Assembly (NCBI GenBank): GCA_964516645.1
Contig: CAZEXE010000001.1
Location: forward strand, 23,983-73,413
DNA length: 49,431 nt
From: an uncultured Candidatus Poseidoniales archaeon
GTDB taxonomy: Archaea; Thermoplasmatota; Poseidoniia; Poseidoniales; Poseidoniaceae
Direction of reading: 5' to 3'
The translations under genes were made by a program, and so were the position numbers. The notes below the pieces were generated by a model that worked only from the letters and a program-made list of their open reading frames with translations, had not been told where the DNA came from and made no database searches. Shown here piece after piece: positions 36,399 through 45,345 of the stretch. Positions within the stretch are counted from its first letter, which is position 1. Each line of letters begins with the position of its first letter.

Positions 36399-37424
36399 AT
36401 GGCTGAAGAAGTACTATACATTGGAATTGACCTTGGAACCTTTCGGTCTGTAATGGTATCCAGTGATAGCCATGAAGAAGAAGAACTCACAGTAATTGGA
36501 ACACCTAAGGATCCAATTGCAAGAAATTTCTTGAAAAGAGATGTTCTATTTGGTAACGAGGCACTAAAAAACAGACTTGCACTGAATCTGTTTAGGCCTC
36601 TTGAACTTGGAGTAATCAAGGACACACCCGAGGACAGACAATTCATTGCGCACTTCATTACTCACCTAATAGCATTGTCCGACCCGGAAGAATACGACCG
36701 AGTTGTAGCAGTAATCGGTGCGCCTGCTGAAGCAAGCCACGTTGACAAGACTTCAATCTTCGATGCTGCTGCGGGTTCAGTAAACGCTGCAATGATTATT
36801 TCTGAGCCATTCGCAGTTGCATATGCTTTAGATATGATTGAACACACATTGGTTATTGATATCGGTGCGGGAACTACTGACCTTTGCCGAGTATACGGGA
36901 CCATCCCTGGACCAGGTGACCAAATGCACACTGGATATGCAGGTGATTATGTTGACAATCAGATTATTGTAGAAGTTCAGCGTAAATACAACGGTGCACA
37001 AATTACCAAAGATATGGCTCGACGCTGGAAAGAACAGTACTCTTTCGTGTCTACCTCTACTCCAGATGACCCAATTATGGTCGACTTCTCAATTGAAGGA
37101 AAGGCAATGACTCTCGATATCACAGATTGCGTCCAAGCTGCTTGTGAGTCAATCGTTGACCCTATTGTCGAGAATGCAAAGCAATTGATTGCTGGTTCAA
37201 ACCCTGAATTCCATGATGAATTCCGCAGGAACATGGTTCTTGCTGGCGGTGGTTCTGGAATTAGAGGACTTGGTGCACTTATCGAGCGCCGTCTATCTGA
37301 CATGGGTGAAGTCAATGTTCACGTTGTAGACGACCCGGTTAGACTAGGTGCAATGGGTGGCTTAAGACTCGCCATGGAAGTTCCTGAAGACATGTGGAAG
37401 AACTTGACTCTAGCAACACGCTGA
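36399..37424 (+). CDS. Actin-fold filament-type ATPase of the MreB/MamK clade (MamK-like)
   Basis: Phosphate-1 LYIGIDLGTFRS, phosphate-2 LVIDIGAGTTDLCRV, adenosine motif NMVLAGGGSGIRGL. Segments GTIPGPGDQ, YAGDYVDNQI, WKEQYSFV and GGLRLAMEVPEDMW match my recollection of MamK much better than canonical MreB. An in-frame TAG lies two codons upstream, so this start is the first possible one. Confidence 0.8.
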   Translation: MAEEVLYIGIDLGTFRSVMVSSDSHEEEELTVIGTPKDPIARNFLKRDVLFGNEALKNRLALNLFRPLELGVIKDTPEDRQFIAHFITHLIALSDPEEYDRVVAVIGAPAEASHVDKTSIFDAAAGSVNAAMIISEPFAVAYALDMIEHTLVIDIGAGTTDLCRVYGTIPGPGDQMHTGYAGDYVDNQIIVEVQRKYNGAQITKDMARRWKEQYSFVSTSTPDDPIMVDFSIEGKAMTLDITDCVQAACESIVDPIVENAKQLIAGSNPEFHDEFRRNMVLAGGGSGIRGLGALIERRLSDMGEVNVHVVDDPVRLGAMGGLRLAMEVPEDMWKNLTLATR

Positions 37425-37429
37425 GTCTC

Positions 37430-38002
37430 TCATTCCTCTTCCGAGCCACTCAATACTAGTGGCGAATCACAGTGTGGACAAGTGTCTTCAAGTGACAATA
37501 GTAGTGGGTTAACTGCTAGAACTGCTAAGCATGTTGGGCATGCTGCAAGCATTTCATTTGCCGGCAAGTTGAGATTTTCATCATAGATCGAATGACCACT
37601 GTATCCCATTTGATAAACAGGATGGAAATGAACCCGAATGAATCGAACCGATGAAAATATTGCATATCCCAAAATCAATGCAAATACAAGACCAGTTATT
37701 GAACCTGAGAAAATCGCTATGATGTTTAGGACCATAATCAAACAAAAAATCAAAGTCAATACTCCGATAATAATCGGCACAAACCAATATGCCCATGCGG
37801 CTCTGTTCCGGTAGCCGAACCAAACTGACAGGAAGAAGAGGCCTGGAATTAATGCAAGGCTACCAAATACTTGGAACACAAAGAATGTCACTATCAATGA
37901 ATCAACAACTAGAATGAAAGATGTACGACTATGCAGGGCATCTATCGGATTCGCATGCCTAGGCTGAGAGCCTGCCAGAATCATCTCATCAGCAGCGGAC
38001 AT
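37430..38002 (-). CDS. Hypothetical 4-TM membrane protein with a C-terminal cytoplasmic zinc ribbon
   Basis: Four long hydrophobic helices, then CPTCLAVLAVNPLLLSLEDTCPHCDSPL and an acidic end. Convergent with the actin-like gene across a 5-nt gap. Confidence 0.5.
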   Translation of the reverse strand: MSAADEMILAGSQPRHANPIDALHSRTSFILVVDSLIVTFFVFQVFGSLALIPGLFFLSVWFGYRNRAAWAYWFVPIIIGVLTLIFCLIMVLNIIAIFSGSITGLVFALILGYAIFSSVRFIRVHFHPVYQMGYSGHSIYDENLNLPANEMLAACPTCLAVLAVNPLLLSLEDTCPHCDSPLVLSGSEEE

Positions 38003-38108
38003 GAATACCTCGAAGTGATATTTGCAATTGAAACAACCGGTGAAAGCGCCACTAAAGCCACTGGTTTAGCAGCGAAGCCGTATTGAAGCAGTTGCTTGTG
38101 GCAGTAAC

Positions 38109-39290
38109 ATGCGTGACACCGATGTTGAGGTTCGCGGCAGCTCACTTAATGGGCGCCATATCCTCCTTGGAGTCAGCGGTGGAATCGCTGCAGTAGATAC
38201 GGTTCGACTTGCTAGAGAATTGCGTAGACATGGTGCAGAAGTAACGGTTATTATGACTCCTTCCGCTCAAGAAATAATCACTCCATTAGCCGTAAGATGG
38301 GCTTCACAAGGTGAAGTCATCACCGATTGGGATGGTGACTTATCCGCTCTATCAGAATTTGATGCAGTACTGGTCACTCCCGCAACACGGAATATCATTG
38401 CCTCTTTTATTCACGGATTGATGAATGGCCCTCTCTTGATGGCATTATCTGCAGCTAGAGGAAGAGATTGTCCAATTATGATGGTACCATCAATGCATAA
38501 TGACCTAGCACAAGACCCTGTAACAGAAGATTTGGTTATCCAATGTGTGAAATCTGGCGTCAAGGTTCTATGGGGTGCTGAAGAAGAAGGAAAAAGAAAG
38601 ACTCCAAGTCACGTAGAAATTGTTGCAAAACTTGGTAATTTAGTCAACAAAAATTCAACTTCTGTAGTGATTACATTGGGCGCTACTCGCAGTGCAATCG
38701 ATGATGTAAGATTTGTACAGAATACATCGAGTGGTCGAACTGGATACATGATTGCAGATGACCTATATCGACATGGAATGGATGTTACATGTGTTAGTGG
38801 AGTAACCTCCGTTGAAAGGCCCGAATGGATATCTTTAGACATCAGGTGTCCTGAACCTGAAAACATGCTAAATGAACTCAAGGCTCTTGCTCAAGATGAC
38901 ATAGATGTATGGATTCATGCTGCTGCGGTATTAGATTATGTGGTACCTGAACAGGTAGAGGGTAAAATTGCATCACTACAAGGTGGAATAGAAATTCAAC
39001 TAAGAGAAGGTGCAAAACATATTAGTGAATTGCGAGAGTTATGTAATGGCGCAACAAGAATTGGATTCAAATTAGAGAGTGGTATCAAACAGAAAGACCT
39101 AGTTCACAGGGCACATGCTCAAATCCAAAACGCAGGAATGTCTGCAACCATTGCAAATCGAATGGAAGACTATGGCAAGCAAGGAAAGCCAAGAGGATGG
39201 CTTGTTGATTCACATGGTGCTCATTTCATCCTAGAAACCGAGACTGATATGTGCGATGCGATTCGCTCAGTGATCGAGAATAATAGGTGA
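38109..39290 (+). CDS. coaBC: Bifunctional phosphopantothenoylcysteine decarboxylase / phosphopantothenate--cysteine ligase
   Basis: N-terminal flavoprotein fold is ILLGVSGGIAAVDTVRLARELRRHGAEVTVIMTPSA. The C-terminal ligase half has ITLGATRSAIDDVRFVQNTSSGRTG. Confidence 0.85.
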   Translation: MRDTDVEVRGSSLNGRHILLGVSGGIAAVDTVRLARELRRHGAEVTVIMTPSAQEIITPLAVRWASQGEVITDWDGDLSALSEFDAVLVTPATRNIIASFIHGLMNGPLLMALSAARGRDCPIMMVPSMHNDLAQDPVTEDLVIQCVKSGVKVLWGAEEEGKRKTPSHVEIVAKLGNLVNKNSTSVVITLGATRSAIDDVRFVQNTSSGRTGYMIADDLYRHGMDVTCVSGVTSVERPEWISLDIRCPEPENMLNELKALAQDDIDVWIHAAAVLDYVVPEQVEGKIASLQGGIEIQLREGAKHISELRELCNGATRIGFKLESGIKQKDLVHRAHAQIQNAGMSATIANRMEDYGKQGKPRGWLVDSHGAHFILETETDMCDAIRSVIENNR

Positions 39291-39294
39291 TTAT

Positions 39295-39885
39295 TTGCGT
39301 CGATTCGTCATTGTTGGCACAAGGGCGATGGCAAAAGGAAAGTTACCACTAAATGACTTAGCAGGTGGAGCAGGCCGAATGGATGTCCTCATCCGAGCAC
39401 TGATGTCTTCAATTCTAACCAGTCACGGAATGAGAGAAGATGTTGAATTTACAATGATTTTACTTGGAGGGCCTGGGCCCGCAAGAAGAATCAAATTTGT
39501 TGCAAACGAGTTGAAGGGAATTCACGCTGAAGAAAGAGCTGTAGCAGGAAAGATTGCAGCAGTCCTAAAGGAGCCAATTCCACCGAGAGGACACTGGATA
39601 GAACGGAGCCCGGGAATCTATGACGGGGGAGGAGATTTGAACATGACATTGGACGAATGGAACTGTCCTATAATCAGATTAGAAGCCGACTCTCTAAATC
39701 TATATACAGGCTCATTGCCTAGTGATTTTTTAATTGAGGACATTGGTTTCATCCTCGGAGATGATAAAACTCTCGAATGCGAGAGGGGTATTCCTCGAAG
39801 CCTAGGAAAATCTTGGCTTCAAGGCCATACTTGTATTGCCATAGTTCACTTCCTTCTCGACGAAGGTGTGCAACTTCAACTGTGA
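39295..39885 (+). CDS. trmY: tRNA (pseudouridine54-N1)-methyltransferase TrmY (SPOUT, DUF358)
   Basis: TTG start. RRFVIVGTRA...GRMDVLIRALMSS, and a 196-aa length typical of TrmY. Confidence 0.65.
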   Translation: MRRFVIVGTRAMAKGKLPLNDLAGGAGRMDVLIRALMSSILTSHGMREDVEFTMILLGGPGPARRIKFVANELKGIHAEERAVAGKIAAVLKEPIPPRGHWIERSPGIYDGGGDLNMTLDEWNCPIIRLEADSLNLYTGSLPSDFLIEDIGFILGDDKTLECERGIPRSLGKSWLQGHTCIAIVHFLLDEGVQLQL

Positions 39886-40805
39886 AGCCATATTGGTAGT
39901 TTATCGAGGCTATTTTCAAGTGACCATGCAAGCAATTGCATATCCACCTCTAGTGGGTGAGTTTGTGGCCATGAGGGCATGCATGTCACGCTTGCAACAC
40001 CTTGCACATCTGAGTCAACATCGCCACGCTCAACTGCATCCACATCAATTCTAGCAGCTCCTAGTTGAAATGTTGAGGTGTCATTTGAGAATGTAATCGC
40101 ATTACGATACCAACGCATTCCGAGACGAGTTGAGGAAAATTTGCCATTCCAACCTCTAGGTACATTCAGATTTAACATCATTTCACCTGCTGCAAACGAG
40201 TCTCGTAAGGCCTTAATTGGGTCTGCTTGCCAAGATTTCTCAGATTCTATTGGCCATGAGGTCAAGTGTGGTGCATTGACATCAATATGTGGACGGTTAA
40301 GGTTGGCAGGCTCGTCTGGTAAAACCGCCAATGCAACTTCGATCAATTGAATTGTAGCATCGATTGCAACCTCCATTCCCTCTGGGTCAAACGATGACCA
40401 GGAGGATGATATTGCAGGCATTCCATACATCCCTGCTTCCCTCGCTGCTGCAATGGTTCCACTATGGTAAGCATCTTGCGAAAGATTTGGGCCAAGGTTA
40501 ATTCCACTAACTACCAATTTTGGCATGACTCCTGGAACTAATTTTTGTAACCCTCCATCTAGTGCCGCAATAATACAATCACAAGGCGTCCCTCCAATCG
40601 AGAATTGGTGGACATTTTCTCTGTGATCTTCTACTTTGGTCACCGTCAAAGGTTTCCCTAAGGAGATTTTCATACTCACTGCAGAATTGTTTTCACTGGG
40701 AGCAAATACTACGCATTTGTGGCCTCTATCATGCAATGCAGTTACCAAATCCTGCAAACTATCTGCATCGATACCATCATCATTCGTCAGAAGTATCCAA
40801 CTCAT
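39876..40805 (-). CDS. surE: 5'/3'-nucleotidase SurE (with a C-terminal extension)
   Basis: ILLTNDDGIDA at the N-terminus. Also SGINLGPNL and HSGTIAAAREA. Confidence 0.85.
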   Translation of the reverse strand: MSWILLTNDDGIDADSLQDLVTALHDRGHKCVVFAPSENNSAVSMKISLGKPLTVTKVEDHRENVHQFSIGGTPCDCIIAALDGGLQKLVPGVMPKLVVSGINLGPNLSQDAYHSGTIAAAREAGMYGMPAISSSWSSFDPEGMEVAIDATIQLIEVALAVLPDEPANLNRPHIDVNAPHLTSWPIESEKSWQADPIKALRDSFAAGEMMLNLNVPRGWNGKFSSTRLGMRWYRNAITFSNDTSTFQLGAARIDVDAVERGDVDSDVQGVASVTCMPSWPQTHPLEVDMQLLAWSLENSLDKLPIWLHS

Positions 40806-41709
40806 TCTCTGAACCTCCCTTTATCACCAACAGTATTCCAATAATCAGGATAATTCCTCCTAGCCACGTCCACTTTTGTGGAATACTTTCGTCAAAGAAG
40901 AACCAACCGATGAATGCGCCAATAATCGGCTCAAGGGTTACTGCAAATGAAATTGTCAAAGGTGGCATCCAACGCAAACATGCATTTAGTCCAGTGTGCC
41001 CAACAATGCCTGCTAAGAAAGCCAGGAGAATGAACCAACCTAACAAATCTGATTCTACCCATCCTATTGCTGCTGTATTTTCACCCAAAATAATAGAGGT
41101 TGGAATTAACAGAACCCCTCCGATTAATGTCACAGGAACTGCGTAAACAAATACTGGCATCCACTCTCTAAGGATACGCCCAGCAACGATGTATCCGATT
41201 ACTGTGATTGCACCTGCAAATGCAAGCATATCTCCCCAAAGGGTAACTTCTCCACTATTTTTTGCATCTAGTAAGGTGATACTTGCTCCAACCAGTCCAA
41301 GTAATGCACCCGTTGTTTCAAGGCGATGTGGGCGTCTGACCAAAATAGCGGTTCCAATTACAATGATGATTGGATGACTGGTCACGAAAAGCAATGAATG
41401 AACCAATGAAGTGTGGTCAAGAGATGTCACCCAAGTACCAAAATGAGCAGCAAGAGCGATTCCAGATCCACCAATAATCAGTAAAGTGCGACGTTCAAAC
41501 AAACGCTTACGACTTGCCAATTCCATCTGCCTGTATTGCCAAACTGCGAACGGTAGAAGCATTAGAACTGTTATTTGAAGACGCCAAGAAGCACGCATCA
41601 AAGGTGGAATCGAATCAACATGTGATAAAATTGCACCAGCAGAAGATACACCAACCACTCCTGCTACCAGTAATCCCCACACAAGTGGAGGTGTGCGTGA
41701 CATAATCAC
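40780..41709 (-). CDS. EamA/DMT-superfamily transporter
   Basis: About 10 TM helices in two halves over 309 aa, typical of duplicated EamA domains. The 3' end overlaps the surE start by 26 nt. Confidence 0.6.
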   Translation of the reverse strand: MIMSRTPPLVWGLLVAGVVGVSSAGAILSHVDSIPPLMRASWRLQITVLMLLPFAVWQYRQMELASRKRLFERRTLLIIGGSGIALAAHFGTWVTSLDHTSLVHSLLFVTSHPIIIVIGTAILVRRPHRLETTGALLGLVGASITLLDAKNSGEVTLWGDMLAFAGAITVIGYIVAGRILREWMPVFVYAVPVTLIGGVLLIPTSIILGENTAAIGWVESDLLGWFILLAFLAGIVGHTGLNACLRWMPPLTISFAVTLEPIIGAFIGWFFFDESIPQKWTWLGGIILIIGILLVIKGGSENELDTSDE

Positions 41710-44099
41710 GCCTCAACTAATTCTGCGTCCTCTGACTGGCCACCGATTACTCCAGCACGCTTGAAGAGTACGTAAATCAGGAATCCAATCGCTACATTCA
41801 GGAATACAAATCCAGCAAGTCGAGCTATATGCCATTCCAAACTGCTTCCGAAATCAGGAGACCATACTGAATCGATGAACGAAAGAATACTGCTTTCTGT
41901 ACCGAAGAATGCCTCTCCAGTCAGAAGTCCTGCCGCTACCATGAAAGTTCCAAGTAGAATCAGTGCACGCTTCTTTTCTGCTACAACGGTTCCTTCTTCT
42001 TCCTTGATTGCATCAATTCTCGGCTTCAACTTCTTATCTTCCCAACGGTCACGCGCTACACCACCGATTAGCATCGGTAATGTGTGTGGTACGTCAAGGT
42101 ACATTCCAAGTCCGAATGACGTTCCCATTCCAGTAGCCCATTCAACAAATACTCCTAGTAGGAAGCCCATTAGAAGAAGGGTCAAATCACCTTGTCCTTC
42201 AGCGAAAATGACGGAGAATGTTGCAAACGCGTTTGCTTGTGGAGCTATTAGTTGAATTCGACCTTGAGCCAACTCATTGGCTAGGAAAATCGCTACACCA
42301 GCACCAATTACTGCTCCAGGGACAACTCCCATGATGTTACCCTTGGAGATATGATATGGGCGGTTTCCAATGTACAGGCTGTTCTTGTAATCACCAATTA
42401 CAGTTCCAGACATAGAGATTGCAGAACCGAATACGGTAGTTCCTACCAAACCAAGCAGAACTGCTTCTTGGGTTGTAAGGCCTAGTGGATCTGTGAAGTT
42501 CAGGAATACTGCGAATAGCATCAGCAATACGATGAACGAAGTACCAGAAACTGGCTCTATTCCAGTCTCACCCATCACTCTAACAGCAATAGCACCTAGA
42601 AGGAATGTTGTCATCAAAAGAATCAACGAAAACACAATACTGGCAATTAATGGGAACTCACCAAGCATGAAAATTACAATCATTGCACCAAATGTCAGGA
42701 GCATGAAAATTGGAATGTGGGATAAAGGCCACTCATACCATCCCTTGCCTTCCATGTACTCTTTTCCGCTGTCTCCTTTGAACGCCTTACCAATATCGAC
42801 AAAGATGTTTGCGAATGTCTTCCACATCTTCAGCAATCCGAAGATACCTCCTCCGACAATCGCTCCGATTGCTATGAATCGAATCGCTTTAGCGAATGCA
42901 TACATCTGAACTGCACCTGTCTCATAACCACATGCCCCAGCGGCAACATCAGCAGCAGCAGTAGAAGATACACAAGATGAGTATAAAGCAGCAGGCAAAT
43001 CCTGTAGAGGGACATTTGCAGCGAGTTGCCCTTCATACACTGGGAAGTTGAATGCCACTGCCAAAGGAACTAGGAAAAACCATCCAACAATGGTTCCAAG
43101 ATTAACCAAGAATGCAACTCTGGTCTTCATAAACCAGCCAATTGCGAACATCGAGGGAGTCAATGCTACACCGATATATGTGTACATGAATGGATTGAAT
43201 ACCGTATCTGGATTATAGTGAGCTGGACCTTTTGCTACACCATCAATAACCTCACCGGGCTGATGGATTTTAGCGTGAGAATAGAATGCTGCAAGACCAA
43301 ACGTGTCACTCGTAAGCATTTCGGCCAAATAATCTGTTATAGCCTGACGTTTACCATTCATCCAAATCAATGGATATTCAATAATGAATAAGGCGACCAT
43401 GGTAATCGCTGTCCAAAGCCCAATCGTTTTCAGAGAATCACGGGCATGTTCAACCGCACCTGTACTGACATCACTGGCAATATCAAGCATCTTTAGAGTG
43501 GCTTCGAAACCAGGTAGAGGAAGGGGATCTTCAACTAACCAAACACGCCTGAAGATAATGAAATACATCACTCCTAAGAATCCAGCGAACATTGATGCAA
43601 CGATGCCAACGAATGCCAAACGCATCGTCTCACCAGCGCCTAAAACAATCAATGGACCATCCGATAACCAATACTGTTTATCCGCAGCCAGCAAGAAGAT
43701 TGCAGGGAAAGTGAAAATAAATCCAGTAGATGCATGAGTGGCACCAGTGGTTGCCGAAGTAGCGATGTTAACTTCAGAAGGTGACCATTTGAGTGCCATG
43801 CCCAGAACATAAGCAATATACCAAGCCGCTGAAATCGCCAATCCCAGTTTTAGACCGATATACGCTGTCACTCCAGAAAACACAGCACCTATTGCAATTC
43901 CCAAGAGTACTTTCTTTGTATCCCAGTGAGATACCTCGAATGCTTCCTCAAGATTCTTTTCTTCGAGATACTGTTCAAGTACACCTGTGTTCAGGTTATT
44001 GTACATCTCGTCGTCTAGCCAAGTAAGAGTGCCCTTTTCAATCGCCTTCAGCCCTTCCGGAGTAACCGGTTGGCGGTAAGCCGATTTTTTTACACCCAT
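41706..44099 (-). CDS. OPT-superfamily oligopeptide transporter-like polytopic membrane protein
   Basis: About 800 aa with 16 or more TM segments. GDYKNSLYIGNRPYHISKGNIMGVVPGAVIG resembles the OPT motif (DlKtG.l.G.tPr.Q...q.iG). The ATG at 44099 is preceded by AGGTGAG. The track TTG start at 44123 would overlap the aIF5A stop. Confidence 0.5.
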   Translation of the reverse strand: MGVKKSAYRQPVTPEGLKAIEKGTLTWLDDEMYNNLNTGVLEQYLEEKNLEEAFEVSHWDTKKVLLGIAIGAVFSGVTAYIGLKLGLAISAAWYIAYVLGMALKWSPSEVNIATSATTGATHASTGFIFTFPAIFLLAADKQYWLSDGPLIVLGAGETMRLAFVGIVASMFAGFLGVMYFIIFRRVWLVEDPLPLPGFEATLKMLDIASDVSTGAVEHARDSLKTIGLWTAITMVALFIIEYPLIWMNGKRQAITDYLAEMLTSDTFGLAAFYSHAKIHQPGEVIDGVAKGPAHYNPDTVFNPFMYTYIGVALTPSMFAIGWFMKTRVAFLVNLGTIVGWFFLVPLAVAFNFPVYEGQLAANVPLQDLPAALYSSCVSSTAAADVAAGACGYETGAVQMYAFAKAIRFIAIGAIVGGGIFGLLKMWKTFANIFVDIGKAFKGDSGKEYMEGKGWYEWPLSHIPIFMLLTFGAMIVIFMLGEFPLIASIVFSLILLMTTFLLGAIAVRVMGETGIEPVSGTSFIVLLMLFAVFLNFTDPLGLTTQEAVLLGLVGTTVFGSAISMSGTVIGDYKNSLYIGNRPYHISKGNIMGVVPGAVIGAGVAIFLANELAQGRIQLIAPQANAFATFSVIFAEGQGDLTLLLMGFLLGVFVEWATGMGTSFGLGMYLDVPHTLPMLIGGVARDRWEDKKLKPRIDAIKEEEGTVVAEKKRALILLGTFMVAAGLLTGEAFFGTESSILSFIDSVWSPDFGSSLEWHIARLAGFVFLNVAIGFLIYVLFKRAGVIGGQSEDAELVEA

Positions 44100-44119
44100 A
44101 CTCTCACCTAAAGAGAAGT

Positions 44120-44506
44120 TCAATGGTCACGGATTATCTTGTACAATCCAAGCGCTTCCATCCACATAATTTCCTTACCTGCATCGATTTCTAGGTCTTC
44201 CTCAAGTGGAAGAATCATCATCGAATGATCTCGCATATTCATTGCGTGAACTTCAGCCCCTTCTATGTGGGTAACCATTGCAGTACCCTTCTCGATAAGA
44301 GGTACATGGATTGAATCGGTAACGCTCCCAACATGAGAAATTTTCTGACCTGTGAAAATGTCAACTAGTTCCATTCTTGCTTTTGCAGAACCGTGCTTAC
44401 CTGGTTTGGATTTTGAAATGGAATTAATCTTGTAGGCCTTATCGTCGACACAACAGTATCTTCCGACCTTCAGAGTTCTAATTTCTACACGAGTTGTTCC
44501 TGGCAT
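44120..44506 (-). CDS. eif5a: Translation initiation factor 5A (aIF5A)
   Basis: Hypusination loop is SKSKPGKHGSAKARM. Length is 128 aa. Confidence 0.9.
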   Translation of the reverse strand: MPGTTRVEIRTLKVGRYCCVDDKAYKINSISKSKPGKHGSAKARMELVDIFTGQKISHVGSVTDSIHVPLIEKGTAMVTHIEGAEVHAMNMRDHSMMILPLEEDLEIDAGKEIMWMEALGLYKIIRDH

Positions 44507-44571
44507 TTGGCTCCCTAATCCTTAGGCTGTGGTTCGGGCTTATGACCGTTACCGTTGAATCAATGGACTAC

Positions 44572-45312
44572 TCACAAGTTACGGATATCCAATCTATCTC
44601 CATTAATGCCAGATGTTCCAAGGCAATAGGGAAGTAATTTTTTTGCGACGTCAAGCGGATTTGTCAAATCTCCATTACGATGATATTCTATGAAATTTGC
44701 TAGCAAAGGGAACGAGGATTCATCAGCTCCACGTATATCTTCCTGCATCCCAGTATCCACAATACCTGGAGCGATGGCTAATGCTGAAATATTCTCATGC
44801 ACGCCTTCTACTGCCATGCATTGCGCCCACATATCAAGTCCAGCTTTAGAAACACAATATGCACTCCAACCATGTAGTGATCTTTGTGCAGCACCACTGG
44901 AAATCGTTGTGATTCTTGTATGATTTTCTCCCCCAAGTATTGAAACTAAAGAGCACGTTAAATCTTGAACTCCAACCAAATTTACCTGAATTGTTCTCTC
45001 CCAATCTGTTCGTTTGGCATTTAACATATTGGCAATCGGATGGATAATTCCAGCATTGTGAATAATTCCCGAAAGATGTTGAAACTTGGAAAGTATTTGT
45101 TCTGCAGCGCTTGAAATTTCCGATGCTATAGCAAGGTCGCAGGCAATTGAAATAGATTCATTGGAAATCGATTGCAGTTCGCTTTCAATTTGACTTAATT
45201 CTTCGCTATTACGTGCCAAAGCAATCACAGGATATCCTGATTCTGCAATTGAAAGTGCGATTGAACGACCGATTCCTTTGGATGCGCCAGTGACTAAATA
45301 TGCCCCAAACAT
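44572..45312 (-). CDS. Short-chain dehydrogenase/reductase (classical SDR)
   Basis: Cofactor motif VTGASKGIGRSIAL, NAG motif HNAGI, and catalytic YCVSKAG. Confidence 0.8.
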   Translation of the reverse strand: MFGAYLVTGASKGIGRSIALSIAESGYPVIALARNSEELSQIESELQSISNESISIACDLAIASEISSAAEQILSKFQHLSGIIHNAGIIHPIANMLNAKRTDWERTIQVNLVGVQDLTCSLVSILGGENHTRITTISSGAAQRSLHGWSAYCVSKAGLDMWAQCMAVEGVHENISALAIAPGIVDTGMQEDIRGADESSFPLLANFIEYHRNGDLTNPLDVAKKLLPYCLGTSGINGDRLDIRNL

Positions 45313-45345
45313 GCAACGGTTAGAGGGAATCAGCCTTTGAGGCTT

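Noticed and set aside
36399-37424. The idea that the MamK-like gene marks a magnetosome gene island.
   Set aside because: No mamA/B/E/I/L/M/O/P/Q-like genes (TPR MamA, CDF transporters, HtrA-like proteases with magnetochrome) are present. The neighbours are housekeeping genes such as the thiolase and coaBC. A different cellular role is more likely.
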